Shown here piece by piece: positions 18,320 to 28,580 of a stretch of 64,000 nt of DNA; positions within the stretch are counted from its first letter, which is position 1; each line of letters opens with the position of its first letter. Under the pieces are notes generated by a model. It was not told the origin of the DNA and searched no databases. It saw only the letters and a list, made by a program, of their open reading frames with translations. This DNA is from a virus. Lineage: Duplodnaviria; Caudoviricetes. The translations under genes and the position numbers were made by a program. The stretch lies in the IMG/VR virus record IMGVR_UViG_3300034410_000463, positions 1 through 64,000 of that record, one strand, 5' to 3'.

Positions 18320-19369
18320 ATGCACGATTTGCATATGGGTGGCTTAGCGGCTTGGGCTCTTAAAAGAGGTGGGTCGCTCCATCCAGTATTATTACCAAAA
18401 GAAGTAACTGGTAATGAAACTGGTATCATGAACCCGTCTATCTTTGCCCACAAAGGCAAGCTTCTTTTAAACATCAGACACATCAATTATATCCTCTATC
18501 ACAGTGAGGGTAAAAAGTTTCCACATCAGTGGGGACCTCTTGTATATGTGCATCCAGAAAATGACGTAACTCTAACAACACATAATGTTATGTGTGAACT
18601 CGATAGTGCGCTTAATTTAAAGTCAGCACAAAGAGTTAATATGGCTCTTGATACTGGCAAGCCTACATGGAATTTTGTTGGTTTAGAAGATGCTCGTTTA
18701 TTTGAATGGGAAGACAAATTATATCTTTGTGGAGTACGGCGAGATGCTTATGACGACAAAGGTACAGGCCGTATGGAATTATGCCAAATTGATTTTGTAG
18801 ATGGTCAATGGACTGAGCAATCACGACATCCTATTCCAGCACCAGGCGATGATCTATCTTTTTGCGAAAAGAATTGGATGCCTATTATGGATATGCCGTA
18901 TCACTTTGTTAAATGGACTAATCCTACTCAGGTTGTTAAATTTAATATTGAAGAAGGCACAACTGAAGTTGTACATGAAGATGATTTTGAAAATCGCAAA
19001 CCGTTTTCTAAAGATTTCCGTGGTGGTTCACAAGTCATTCGTATTAATGATCAGCAACGTATGGCATTTATCCACGAAACAAATCTATTAAGAGATCCCT
19101 TTGGTCGTAAAGATGGTGATTATTCTCATCGTATAGTAATATGGGATAATGACTGGAATTTAATACACGCTTCTCGTAAGTTCCATTTTATGGGTACATA
19201 CTTTGATCATGTATCTGGAGAAGATTATAATATTGAATTTGTTACTGGAATGACTATACATCCTGAAACTGGTGATATGCTAATATCGTTTGGTTTCCAA
19301 GATAATGCAACGTTTATTTTGAGAATGCCTCAAAAATTATTTTTAGATTTTTTAAGTGATAAGGGATAA
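18320..19369 (+). CDS. GH130-like beta-propeller glycosidase/phosphorylase
   Basis: MNPSIF, GLEDARLF, EKNWMP and RGGS motifs typical of this five-bladed propeller family; GGAGG RBS. Confidence 0.65.
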   Translation: MHDLHMGGLAAWALKRGGSLHPVLLPKEVTGNETGIMNPSIFAHKGKLLLNIRHINYILYHSEGKKFPHQWGPLVYVHPENDVTLTTHNVMCELDSALNLKSAQRVNMALDTGKPTWNFVGLEDARLFEWEDKLYLCGVRRDAYDDKGTGRMELCQIDFVDGQWTEQSRHPIPAPGDDLSFCEKNWMPIMDMPYHFVKWTNPTQVVKFNIEEGTTEVVHEDDFENRKPFSKDFRGGSQVIRINDQQRMAFIHETNLLRDPFGRKDGDYSHRIVIWDNDWNLIHASRKFHFMGTYFDHVSGEDYNIEFVTGMTIHPETGDMLISFGFQDNATFILRMPQKLFLDFLSDKG

Positions 19370-19373
19370 TCGT

Positions 19374-20600
19374 ATGAAAATGAATTTACAACTTTTAAAT
19401 GATGTAGTACTAGATTACGATAATCCAGATAAAGTATATGCGTTAGCTCGAGAATACGACAGATTAGAACAAGGATCAGGCGCATTTAGTTTTTACTTAC
19501 GTGCTGCTGATATGTCACCCGGAAAAACATTCGAAGAAAAATGGCTTCAATATAAATCAATAATCTTTTCTGCATTCATCTATAAAAGAAATAGGAATCG
19601 CCAGCTAAGTGTTGAAGGGCTACTTAAAATTGCTATTGAAACATTACCTGAAAGACCAGAAGCTTATTACTTTCTTGCACAAGAAAAAAGAGAAAGAGAT
19701 GATTGGCGTGAATGCTTAATGTATTCAAAGATTGGTATTACTAATATTGCTGATAAAGCACCCGACAGAGATCTACCGTATCCAGGCGACATGGCATTAC
19801 GTTTATTATATGCTCGCGCTAAGTGGAAAACCGATGGTAGAGATGAATCTAAAAACCTTGCATTTGATATTAGATATAAGTCAAGACTCAGAGCTGATGA
19901 TCTTCTAGAAGCTGATACATTACTAAGAGAGCACGGCTACCCAAGTACATTACCTTACACACCAGAATTATTAGATCGTTATAAGTTTAAGTTTGATGGT
20001 ATAGAAAATATTGAAACAAACTATTCTCGCCATTTTCAAGATATGTTTGTATTGTCTGTATTGGACGGTAAGCGTAATGGTACGTTTGTAGAGATTGGAT
20101 CAGGTCACCCAACACTATTTAATAATACAAAATTATTAGAAGAAGAGTTTGATTGGAAAGGTGTATCCGTTGATAATTCAGAAAGATTTGCTCATATATT
20201 CTCAAGAGAAAGAAACACTACAATGATTTTTGCTGATGCAGCTACTTCTAATTATGAAGGATTGTTTAAGCAGCATTGCCTTGAAGAACATATTGATTTC
20301 TTACGTATTAATGCCGAAGGTGCTTCAATTGCTGCTCTTAATCAAATACCGTTCGCAAAACACGAGTTTGGTATTATTCAATTCCAACATAACGCGTGTT
20401 GGTGGGGTGAAGAGATTAGAGAAGAATCTCGTAAGAAACTTCAAGAAATTGGATATGTATTATTAGTACATGATGTTGCAGTTGACGGCAGTCAAAATTA
20501 CGAAGATTGGTGGGTACATCCAATGCACGCTAACCGTAAGAAGCACATGCAATCTAATAAAATTAATTTCGCTTGGAATTATATGATGGAGCAACTATAA
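19374..20600 (+). CDS. TPR-like N-terminus fused to a FkbM-like methyltransferase domain
   Basis: Helical repeats (LPERPEAYYFLA); C-terminal FQDMFVLSVL...GTFVEIGSGHPTLFNNT...W(K)GVSVD...EDWWVHP. Confidence 0.7.
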   Translation: MKMNLQLLNDVVLDYDNPDKVYALAREYDRLEQGSGAFSFYLRAADMSPGKTFEEKWLQYKSIIFSAFIYKRNRNRQLSVEGLLKIAIETLPERPEAYYFLAQEKRERDDWRECLMYSKIGITNIADKAPDRDLPYPGDMALRLLYARAKWKTDGRDESKNLAFDIRYKSRLRADDLLEADTLLREHGYPSTLPYTPELLDRYKFKFDGIENIETNYSRHFQDMFVLSVLDGKRNGTFVEIGSGHPTLFNNTKLLEEEFDWKGVSVDNSERFAHIFSRERNTTMIFADAATSNYEGLFKQHCLEEHIDFLRINAEGASIAALNQIPFAKHEFGIIQFQHNACWWGEEIREESRKKLQEIGYVLLVHDVAVDGSQNYEDWWVHPMHANRKKHMQSNKINFAWNYMMEQL

Positions 20601-21361
20601 TGAAACCAGTATTAATAACGGGAGGATTCGATCCTATCCATTCAGGACATATCGCATATATGAAAGCGGCCAAAGAACTAGGGTCTATTCTATACGTTGG
20701 TGTAAATTCTGATGAATGGTTAACTCGTAAGAAAGGTCGTCCGTTTATGTCACTCGAAGAAAGAATGGCAATTATTAAAGAGATTGGTTGTGTAGGACAC
20801 GTATTCTCTTTTAATGATGACGACGATACGGCTATTAATGCTATTGAATATGTAAAACATTCCGCTCCTCGTGGTGCTGAAATTATCTTTGCAAACGGCG
20901 GAGATCGTACAAAAGGTAATATCCCCGAAATGTTTAGTGGCGGAGATCAAGTAAAATTTGTGTTTGGTGTTGGTGGAGATGATAAAAAGAATAGCTCATC
21001 TTGGATTTTAAAAGAATGGGATAAGCCAACTACTCAAAGACTGTGGGGAAAGTACAGAGATTTAGATTCTAATGGTCATTGGAAAGTAAAAGAGTTATCT
21101 ATTGATGTGGGTAAGTCTTTATCAGACCAGCAACACTTTAAAAGATCTGAACATTGGCACATTGTTGATGGTACTTTGGAGATGAATCTTGAATTTGCTG
21201 ACGGAACCACTACATCTAACATATATAAAACTGGTAGTAGTATCGATATTCCAATAAATACATGGCATAAAGCAACTAATGTTGGTAGCTGTCCTGTAAA
21301 GGTTATCGAAGTTTGGATGGGATACGAACTATCTGAAGAAGATATAGAAAGAAGATCTTAG
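20600..21361 (+). CDS. Cytidylyltransferase-family nucleotidyltransferase fused to a mannose-6-phosphate isomerase-type cupin
   Basis: TGGFDPIHSGH (HIGH motif), FANGGDR, KNSSSW; C-terminal WGKY...SDQQHFKRSEHW...PINTWH cupin. Confidence 0.85.
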   Translation: MKPVLITGGFDPIHSGHIAYMKAAKELGSILYVGVNSDEWLTRKKGRPFMSLEERMAIIKEIGCVGHVFSFNDDDDTAINAIEYVKHSAPRGAEIIFANGGDRTKGNIPEMFSGGDQVKFVFGVGGDDKKNSSSWILKEWDKPTTQRLWGKYRDLDSNGHWKVKELSIDVGKSLSDQQHFKRSEHWHIVDGTLEMNLEFADGTTTSNIYKTGSSIDIPINTWHKATNVGSCPVKVIEVWMGYELSEEDIERRS

Positions 21362-21384
21362 TATTATTTTAAAGGTCATACCTT

Positions 21385-21413
21385 ATTATACCACGGCTAT
21401 CAAAGGTTGTCAA
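21385..21413 (-). promoter_or_regulatory. Sigma70-type (early) promoter oriented antisense to the sugar cassette
   Basis: Minus strand reads AAAAAAACAG-TTGACA-N17-TATAAT, the same signature as the early promoters at 41-59 kb. Confidence 0.65.
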
Positions 21414-21422
21414 CTGTTTTTT

Positions 21423-21430
21423 TATAAATA
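21423..21430 (+). promoter_or_regulatory. T4-type late promoter
   Basis: Exact TATAAATA upstream of the structural block. Confidence 0.8.
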
Positions 21431-21464
21431 CCTATAAATTAATCTATTTTAAACAAAGGAGACG

Positions 21465-21875
21465 ATGATGGCTTTTCAGTTATCAGTAGCAGCAAGAAAC
21501 GCTACCCTAGCCGCGATCGAAACAGAAATTGGTGTAAACCCTATCTTAACTATTTCAACTGGCTCAAAACCTGCCGATGCTGCAACAGCTAACACAGGTA
21601 CGGTTCTAGCGACAATGGTTTTACCAAGTGATTGGTTAGGTGCCGCTACTTCTGGATCTATTGCATTATCAGGTACTTGGCAAGACTTATCAGCTGATGA
21701 TTCCGGTACTGCTGGTTATTTCAGATTGCACAACAACGCTGGCACAGAATGTCATATGCAAGGTTCTATTAGTGCTACGGGTGCTGGTGGAGATATGCAA
21801 TTAGATAATACTAATATTGCAACAGGTCAGCAAATTAATATAACCACATTTACGATCACTGCTGGTGGGGCTTAA
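21465..21875 (+). CDS. Putative virion structural protein
   Basis: Ala/Thr/Gly-rich, AAGGAG RBS, downstream of a late promoter. Confidence 0.65.
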   Translation: MMAFQLSVAARNATLAAIETEIGVNPILTISTGSKPADAATANTGTVLATMVLPSDWLGAATSGSIALSGTWQDLSADDSGTAGYFRLHNNAGTECHMQGSISATGAGGDMQLDNTNIATGQQINITTFTITAGGA

Positions 21876-21897
21876 CTTTAACATAAGGTAAAGCCAC

Positions 21898-22485
21898 ATG
21901 TCTGCAAATGGTGCGGTTACAACAACAGTAGATTTTACATATTTTGGCGGTGGTTACGTCCAAGTATCTGGAGAAGTATCGGGTGTAATTGGTACTTCTT
22001 TTGTATTTGATGGTGTTGCTCCAATCTATGGCGAAATTCAACCCGTTACTATTGACTTTGGTTTTAGTGCAGGCGTTGAAACACCTACGATCTATGCTAC
22101 AGCAGATGTTGGCTTTGATTTTGCCTCATATTCCTTTATTGAGTTTGGTGTACAGCGATATGCATCTGTCGCAAATAACGTATTATTTGACTACACCGCA
22201 AACTCATCTGGTTATGTTACAACACACGTTAACTTTAATCCTACATTAGACTTTACGCTCGATACCAACCTATACATATTTTCTTTAGGTGATGGCTCGG
22301 GCACGTTTTCATTTGATATCGAAAGTCTAGGTTATAATATATCTACCAGAGAATATTCAAAAACTGGTGGAAACTATGTTTCTTTTGATGGAATTGACAA
22401 AAATGCAACAAATGTGATCAATCCAACAAACGGAATTAAATTACTCAACAACGGAATATCGAAAGCTGAGATTCTACAGACATAG
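21898..22485 (+). CDS. Hypothetical structural protein
   Basis: Phe/Tyr/Gly-rich beta-type ORF in the late operon. Confidence 0.6.
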   Translation: MSANGAVTTTVDFTYFGGGYVQVSGEVSGVIGTSFVFDGVAPIYGEIQPVTIDFGFSAGVETPTIYATADVGFDFASYSFIEFGVQRYASVANNVLFDYTANSSGYVTTHVNFNPTLDFTLDTNLYIFSLGDGSGTFSFDIESLGYNISTREYSKTGGNYVSFDGIDKNATNVINPTNGIKLLNNGISKAEILQT

Positions 22486-22537
22486 TTTACTTTTAATAAA
22501 TATCTAATAAATAAAAGTATAACTCGGAGATAAACAA

Positions 22538-22870
22538 ATGGCGGCTAGCTTTTACATAAAACAAAACGATACTGCACCGTCTATTGAAGCAGGCCTTACA
22601 GATTCTAATGGTAGAACTAAATCTATGGCTAACGCTTCTGCAGTCGTGTTTCACATGCAAGACGAGAATGGTAACGTTCTTATCGAAGACGGTGTTGGAA
22701 CTATTAAAAATCCTGCAAAAGGAATCGTTGCATACGATTGGCAAGCTGGTGATACTTCAAACACTGGCATTCATAGTGCTGAGTTCCAAATAACATATAA
22801 TAATGGTCAAATCGAAACGTTCCCTAATACTGGTTACATTAAAGTAATCGTTAAAGACGAATTGGCTTAA
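22538..22870 (+). CDS. BppU-like Ig-type virion protein
   Basis: FYIKQNDTAPSI...GIVAYDWQAGDT...AEFQITYNNGQIETFPN pattern; lies just before gp13. Confidence 0.6.
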   Translation: MAASFYIKQNDTAPSIEAGLTDSNGRTKSMANASAVVFHMQDENGNVLIEDGVGTIKNPAKGIVAYDWQAGDTSNTGIHSAEFQITYNNGQIETFPNTGYIKVIVKDELA

Positions 22871-22882
22871 AGGAAAAATACA

Positions 22883-23626
22883 ATGGCACAACCACAATCA
22901 AGAGAAGAATTTAAAGATTATTGTTTAAGAAAAATCGGTGCACCAGTAATCGATATTAATGTTTCTGAAGAACAGGTTGAAGATCGTGTAGATGAAGCTG
23001 TATCTTTTTGGAGAGATTATCATTACAACGGCAGCCAATTAGTATATCTTAAGCACCAATTAACAGCCCAAGACGTAGAAAACGGATATATTAACTTACC
23101 ACAAAAGCTCCTTGGTATTTCAAGAATATTCCCACTCGATACTTCTATTTCAACAGGTAGTGGTATATTCAATGTAAATTATCAATTCGTTTTAAATAAC
23201 CTGAATGATCTTACAGGATATACAATTCAAAATTACTATATGACGATGTCGCATTTAACTTTCTTGCAAGAATGGCTTGTAGGTAAACCGCTTATTCGTT
23301 ATAACAAACACGTGAATAAACTTTATATCGATGCTGGTAAAGCATCTTTACGTGAAGGTAAGTATATTATTATTGAAGCATACGACGTCGTTGATGAAGA
23401 TGCTTATCCTGACGTATTTGGAGATCGTTGGTTACAAAACTATGCTACGGTTCTTATCAGAGAACAGTGGGGTTTAAACCTAACTAAATTTACAAACATG
23501 CAGTTGGTAGGTGGCGTAAGCTTTAACGGAGAGCAAATTTTGCAGGAAGCAAGAGCTGAAAGAGAAAAAATGGAAGAAGAAGCAATACGGTCTCTTCAAC
23601 CTCTCACGTATAATTTCATTGGATAA
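22883..23626 (+). CDS. gp13: Neck protein gp13
   Basis: PQSREEFKDYCLRKIGAPVIDINVSEEQVEDRVDEA; T4 synteny. Confidence 0.92.
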   Translation: MAQPQSREEFKDYCLRKIGAPVIDINVSEEQVEDRVDEAVSFWRDYHYNGSQLVYLKHQLTAQDVENGYINLPQKLLGISRIFPLDTSISTGSGIFNVNYQFVLNNLNDLTGYTIQNYYMTMSHLTFLQEWLVGKPLIRYNKHVNKLYIDAGKASLREGKYIIIEAYDVVDEDAYPDVFGDRWLQNYATVLIREQWGLNLTKFTNMQLVGGVSFNGEQILQEARAEREKMEEEAIRSLQPLTYNFIG

Positions 23627-23629
23627 AAA

Positions 23630-24310
23630 ATGGCAACGAATGCATACTTTAGGAATTACGACAATTTCAACGAGCAGAATTTAATTGATGATCTAGTAAT
23701 AGAATCAATTAAAATGTATGGCGTTGACGTTAAATACCTAAGTGGTAAATTTAACAATGTCGATGATGTCTTTAACGAAGACGATACACCTCTATATGAT
23801 GAGATGTATGGCTTTGAAGTATATGTCAAAAATGTTGATGGCTTTGAAGGTGAGGGTGATTTCCTATCTAAGTTTGGTTTACAAATTCGAGATCAGGTTA
23901 CATTCACAGTTGCTATACGAACGTTTGAAAGATACGTTACCCGTAAGGATACAGAAAAAGTCCGCCCAAGAGAAAACGATATCATTTGGTTGCCACTTAA
24001 TCAGAAAATGTACAGAATTACTTACGTAGAACATGAGGCTGTATTCTATCAATCTGGTAAGTTACAAACTTATGATATTAAATGCGAACTCATGGAGTTC
24101 TCAAACGAAAGATTCGACACAGGCCGATACGAAATCGATCATTACTTTGATGATATTAAATCTACGACCGACGTTGTACAAACACTTGAAGACGTTGCTA
24201 ATAACGATCCTATCGCTCAAAACTTTGAGTTTGAAAAACTTGCAGATGATATATTAGACTTTTCTGAGGTTGATCCATTTAGTGAAAATCTTAGCATAGA
24301 GGATTCATAG
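23630..24310 (+). CDS. gp14: Neck protein gp14
   Basis: EQNLIDDLVIESIKMYGVDVKYL, FEGEGDFLSKFGLQIRD; synteny. Confidence 0.92.
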   Translation: MATNAYFRNYDNFNEQNLIDDLVIESIKMYGVDVKYLSGKFNNVDDVFNEDDTPLYDEMYGFEVYVKNVDGFEGEGDFLSKFGLQIRDQVTFTVAIRTFERYVTRKDTEKVRPRENDIIWLPLNQKMYRITYVEHEAVFYQSGKLQTYDIKCELMEFSNERFDTGRYEIDHYFDDIKSTTDVVQTLEDVANNDPIAQNFEFEKLADDILDFSEVDPFSENLSIEDS

Positions 24311-24311
24311 A

Positions 24312-26399
24312 ATGGCAATTGCAAATTACTTTTATAACGAGACTACACGAAGATACGTTGCGCTATTCGGTACTTTATTTAATCAAATAAAAATTGAAAG
24401 ATCAGATAATGCTGGCAATAACGTGCAATCAATGATTGTACCATTGTCTTATGCACCAGCTCAAAAAGTTCTTTCAAGATTGAGAGATGATCCCGATCTA
24501 TTAAACAGTAGAAAGACTGCAATAACACTTCCACGCATGTCTTTTGAAATTACGAGTTTAAACTATGATCCACAAAGAAAGATTGGATCTACTCAAAAGA
24601 TGGTTAAAACAGCAAAAGCAGAGTCTGATGCATCTCGTAACTTTGTACATAGTTCGGTACCATACAACGTAGAATTTTCATTGTACATTATGACTAAGTA
24701 TAGTGAAGATGCTACAAAGATCTTAGAACAAATTATTCCATTCTTTACTCCTGATTGGACTGTTACGGCGAAGATGGTTAACGATTTAGATCCTATCGAC
24801 ATTCCAATTGTATTGAACTCAGTGACTACTGAAGACCTTTACGAAGGTGATTATGAATCACGACAAACTGTTCTATACACACTAACTTTTACTTTAAAAG
24901 GTTGGTACTTTGGACCAGAGAAGAAACAAAAAGTAATTAAGTTCATTGACATAGATATGATGACCGACTCGGCATCTAACGCACCTCGCCAAGAAGGTGT
25001 TACAATTAAGCCAGGACTAGATTCAAACGGTAATCCATTAACAGAAGATGGTGTGGGTGCAACCGCAACTGCAGTTCTTGATAATGGATCAGTAGGCGGA
25101 GTTATCATTACAAATGATGGTGAAAACTATAACGCTAATAACGATATATCAATATCTATTGCAGCTCCGGATGCTTTAGATGCAGATATTTCAGCCGTAA
25201 TTACTAACACAACCATTGGTTCTATTGCAATAAACGAGGCTGGCGGGTTTTATTCTTCACCTCCTAATATCTCTATTACCGCTCCAGACCTACCTGCTAC
25301 GACTGCTGAGGCCACTCAGGTGCTCACAGATGGTGTTATAACAGGAATAGATGTATCTAATGGCGGAACATATTATAGTTCTGGCACAATCACAATATCA
25401 GAACCACCAGCTCAATCTCCATATGTTAAGTTTGGAGATGATGCTTTATATCACGACGACCATGCAGACACGACATTCCTACACACGACAGGAATTAATC
25501 TTGTTACTGCTGGATCTGGTTTTGAAATAGATTTCTGGATATATCCAACAGAATTTAATGCCGCGGATTCTCACGTAATACATTTTCCCGGCACTACAAT
25601 GAGAATAGAATTAGAAGCAGACGGTGAAGCAGTTTATAGACCTAACTTTAACGCAGCTCCTACAAGATCAAACGAACAATTAAATCTTAACGAATGGAAC
25701 CATTGCCGAATTGAACACGTTGGTACTGTTACTAGATGGTGTGTTAACGGAGTAGCAGATACAGGTGGTACTGGTCCTCAAGGATTTATTCTTGGGGGTG
25801 GTGCAACTATTAACGCCGGTTCAAGATCAGCAGGCGAAAAGAGTTTCCTCGGCGCTTTAGATAATATAACATTAAGCGTACGTTCAGCGTTAACACCAGC
25901 AGGTTCATACACAGTACCAACGTCACCAACATCTGGCGATGATTATACTGGCAACTTCGATAAAGATATTGCTACAGCCGATCTCGTAATTACTGACGGT
26001 GAAGTTACTGCAGTTACAATGAGTAATGGCGGTGCTAGGTATGACGCTAATACAGTTATTACAATATCAGCTCCGGATGGAACTCCATCTACATTCCAAG
26101 CATCAGCTACTGCTGTTCTTGTTAACGGGGGAGTAGATTCAGTAGTGATAAATAATAATGGGAAGTTCTATTCCACGGCAAACGTTACTATCGATTCAGT
26201 TGTTGCTAACACGGCTACTGCTGAAGTTGTAATTGACGGAACAGATCAAGTCGGTTCGATAAATATAACGAATGCTGGCTCTGGATATAGAACAACTCCT
26301 GCAGTTACAATTGGTGGACCAGCAGCAACATCAGTTCCATATACACAAATTGAATTTGATGATGACTGGGGTATTATTACAATATTTGAGGATGAATAA
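24312..26399 (+). CDS. gp15: Tail sheath stabiliser/completion protein gp15 with large internal insertion (repeats plus LamG-like domain)
   Basis: N-terminal YFYNETTRRYVALFGTLFN...TLPRMSFEI...EQIIPFFTP core; about 430 extra aa before the acidic end (EFDDDWGII). Confidence 0.88.
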   Translation: MAIANYFYNETTRRYVALFGTLFNQIKIERSDNAGNNVQSMIVPLSYAPAQKVLSRLRDDPDLLNSRKTAITLPRMSFEITSLNYDPQRKIGSTQKMVKTAKAESDASRNFVHSSVPYNVEFSLYIMTKYSEDATKILEQIIPFFTPDWTVTAKMVNDLDPIDIPIVLNSVTTEDLYEGDYESRQTVLYTLTFTLKGWYFGPEKKQKVIKFIDIDMMTDSASNAPRQEGVTIKPGLDSNGNPLTEDGVGATATAVLDNGSVGGVIITNDGENYNANNDISISIAAPDALDADISAVITNTTIGSIAINEAGGFYSSPPNISITAPDLPATTAEATQVLTDGVITGIDVSNGGTYYSSGTITISEPPAQSPYVKFGDDALYHDDHADTTFLHTTGINLVTAGSGFEIDFWIYPTEFNAADSHVIHFPGTTMRIELEADGEAVYRPNFNAAPTRSNEQLNLNEWNHCRIEHVGTVTRWCVNGVADTGGTGPQGFILGGGATINAGSRSAGEKSFLGALDNITLSVRSALTPAGSYTVPTSPTSGDDYTGNFDKDIATADLVITDGEVTAVTMSNGGARYDANTVITISAPDGTPSTFQASATAVLVNGGVDSVVINNNGKFYSTANVTIDSVVANTATAEVVIDGTDQVGSINITNAGSGYRTTPAVTIGGPAATSVPYTQIEFDDDWGIITIFEDE

Positions 26400-26896
26400 T
26401 GAGCGACGAAAAGATTTCTTCTGCACTTGGCATCAGGCCAATGTCAGAAATTGATGAAGATGAAAAGCAAGAGCAAGTACCTACAGTAATACCTGCTGTT
26501 AAAAACGAGGTTGCTGAAGCATCACCTCAATTGCCTGCTGTTTTATCTGACGTTGAAAAAGAGAATTTAGAAGACATTGAACATGTCCGTCAAAACGTCG
26601 CTGAAGTTATAGAAACTGGTAAAAGTGCTATGGAAGAAATGTTAGAAATAGCCAAGCAATCAGAACAGCCTCGAGCATTTGAAGTAGTTTCTACTTTAAT
26701 GAAAACATTATTAGATGCTAACAAAGATTACGCTGATATATCTACTAAAAAGAAATTTGCTAAAGAAGAAATAAACGAGCCTAAAGAAGCAGCGGGCGGT
26801 AACACAGTTACTAATAATAATCTCATTGTATCGACATCAGATCTTCTCAGAATGTTAAAAGATCAGGAAGATGATAAAGGTGTAATTGATGGGTGA
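26399..26896 (+). CDS. gp16: Terminase small subunit gp16
   Basis: EQPRAFEVVSTLMK and NNNLIVSTSDLLRML motifs; precedes gp17. Confidence 0.88.
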   Translation: MSDEKISSALGIRPMSEIDEDEKQEQVPTVIPAVKNEVAEASPQLPAVLSDVEKENLEDIEHVRQNVAEVIETGKSAMEEMLEIAKQSEQPRAFEVVSTLMKTLLDANKDYADISTKKKFAKEEINEPKEAAGGNTVTNNNLIVSTSDLLRMLKDQEDDKGVIDG

Positions 26897-28484
26897 TGGA
26901 TATCTAGGCAATTCACACCTTAAAAAGGTTCAGGAACAGATTGAATGGACTCCTGAGCTTCTTAAGGAATATATGAAGTGCGCTGATGATCCTGTTTATT
27001 TTGCAAAAGAATATATTAAAATTGTACATGTGGATCGAGGATTAGTTCCCTTTGATATGTACGATTATCAAAAAGAGATTTGTGATAAGATTTTTAAAGA
27101 AAGAAGAGTTGCAGTTTTAACAGCTCGTCAGTCAGGTAAGACCACAACAGCAGTGGCAGTTATTCTACATTATATCTTATTCAATGAATTTAAAACTGTA
27201 GCTATCCTTGCGAATAAAGGAGATGCCTCTAGAGAGGTTATGGCTAGAGTTAAGTTAGCATATGAAGCATTGCCAAAATGGTTACAGCAGGGCATCGAGG
27301 AGTGGAATAAAGGTAACATAGCACTCGAGAATGGATGCCAAGTACTAGCAGGAACAACATCTTCCAGCGCTATTCGTGGTAAATCAGTTAACTTTCTATA
27401 CCTAGATGAGGTTGCCTTTATTGAAGGATACGATGAGTTTTTCGCATCAGTATATCCAACTATTTCATCTGGTGAGAGCACTAAGCTATTAATGACTTCT
27501 ACACCTAATGGATTAAATCATTTTTGGAAAACCTGTAAAGGAGCCAAAGAAGGTACAAACGGTTATGAATATCAAGAAGTAATGTGGTATGATGTTCCTG
27601 GTCGAGATGATAAATGGAAACGAGAAACACTTGAAGCTTTAGATCACGATGAACAAAAGTTTAACCAAGAATATTGTTGTGAGTTTCTTGGTTCTTCGGG
27701 TACACTTGTTTCAGGAGCTAAGCTCAAAGAACTTTATGCTGAAAAACCTATTGCTCAAAGCGAAGGGTTTATTCAATATGAAAAACCTGAAAAAGATAAA
27801 AATTATGTAATAACTGCAGACGTTGCAAGAGGTAAAGGTTTAGATTATTCAACTTTTACTGTTTTTGATATTACTGATATGCCATATAGACAGGTCGCTG
27901 TTTATAGAGATAATTATATCGGTCCAATAGATTTTGCATCTGTATTGAATAGATGTGGTAAACTATATAATGAAGCAGGTGTATTAGTAGAAATTAACGA
28001 TATCGGCGGGCAAGTTGTCGATGTTTTACACATAGACTATGGTTATGAGAATTTACTTTATACGCAAAACTCTGGGCGGAGTGGTAAAGTACTTAGTGGC
28101 GGATTCGGAAAAAACGTAGAAAATGGTATAAGAACAACAAAACTTGTAAAGGGAACTGGTTGTTCTATGTTAAAAATGCTCGTTGAACAAAACCAATTGT
28201 TTATACGAGACCATGAAACAATACAAGAATTGAGCAGGTTTTCTAGAAAAGCTAACTCATTCGAAGCAGAATCCGGTTTTCATGATGATTTAGTAATGAA
28301 TTTAGTATTGTTTGCTTGGATGACCGAGCAGGCCTACTTTAAAGATATGACTGACATAAATACATTAAAGAAGCTCAGAGAAAAAACAGAAGAGCAAATT
28401 GAAGAAGAAATGCTACCGTTTGGTTTTATCGATGATGGAGACAATGATGATGGATTCTATCACGATGATGGCCTTCGACTATGA
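26886..28484 (+). CDS. gp17: Terminase large subunit gp17
   Basis: Walker A ARQSGKTT, Walker B YLDEVAF, TSTPNG, DVARG, HDDLVM. Confidence 0.97.
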   Translation: MMGDGYLGNSHLKKVQEQIEWTPELLKEYMKCADDPVYFAKEYIKIVHVDRGLVPFDMYDYQKEICDKIFKERRVAVLTARQSGKTTTAVAVILHYILFNEFKTVAILANKGDASREVMARVKLAYEALPKWLQQGIEEWNKGNIALENGCQVLAGTTSSSAIRGKSVNFLYLDEVAFIEGYDEFFASVYPTISSGESTKLLMTSTPNGLNHFWKTCKGAKEGTNGYEYQEVMWYDVPGRDDKWKRETLEALDHDEQKFNQEYCCEFLGSSGTLVSGAKLKELYAEKPIAQSEGFIQYEKPEKDKNYVITADVARGKGLDYSTFTVFDITDMPYRQVAVYRDNYIGPIDFASVLNRCGKLYNEAGVLVEINDIGGQVVDVLHIDYGYENLLYTQNSGRSGKVLSGGFGKNVENGIRTTKLVKGTGCSMLKMLVEQNQLFIRDHETIQELSRFSRKANSFEAESGFHDDLVMNLVLFAWMTEQAYFKDMTDINTLKKLREKTEEQIEEEMLPFGFIDDGDNDDGFYHDDGLRL

Positions 28485-28492
28485 AAAGCTCA

Positions 28493-28523
28493 TATAAATA
28501 GCAAATCGAGTAATTTATAAATA
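28493..28523 (+). promoter_or_regulatory. Tandem T4-type late promoters
   Basis: TATAAATA at 28493-28500 and 28516-28523 upstream of gp18. Confidence 0.8.
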
Positions 28524-28580
28524 GAAACAGTTATAACAATTAAATTAAAACGCGTTTCTAATTAAATAAAGGAGAAAAAC

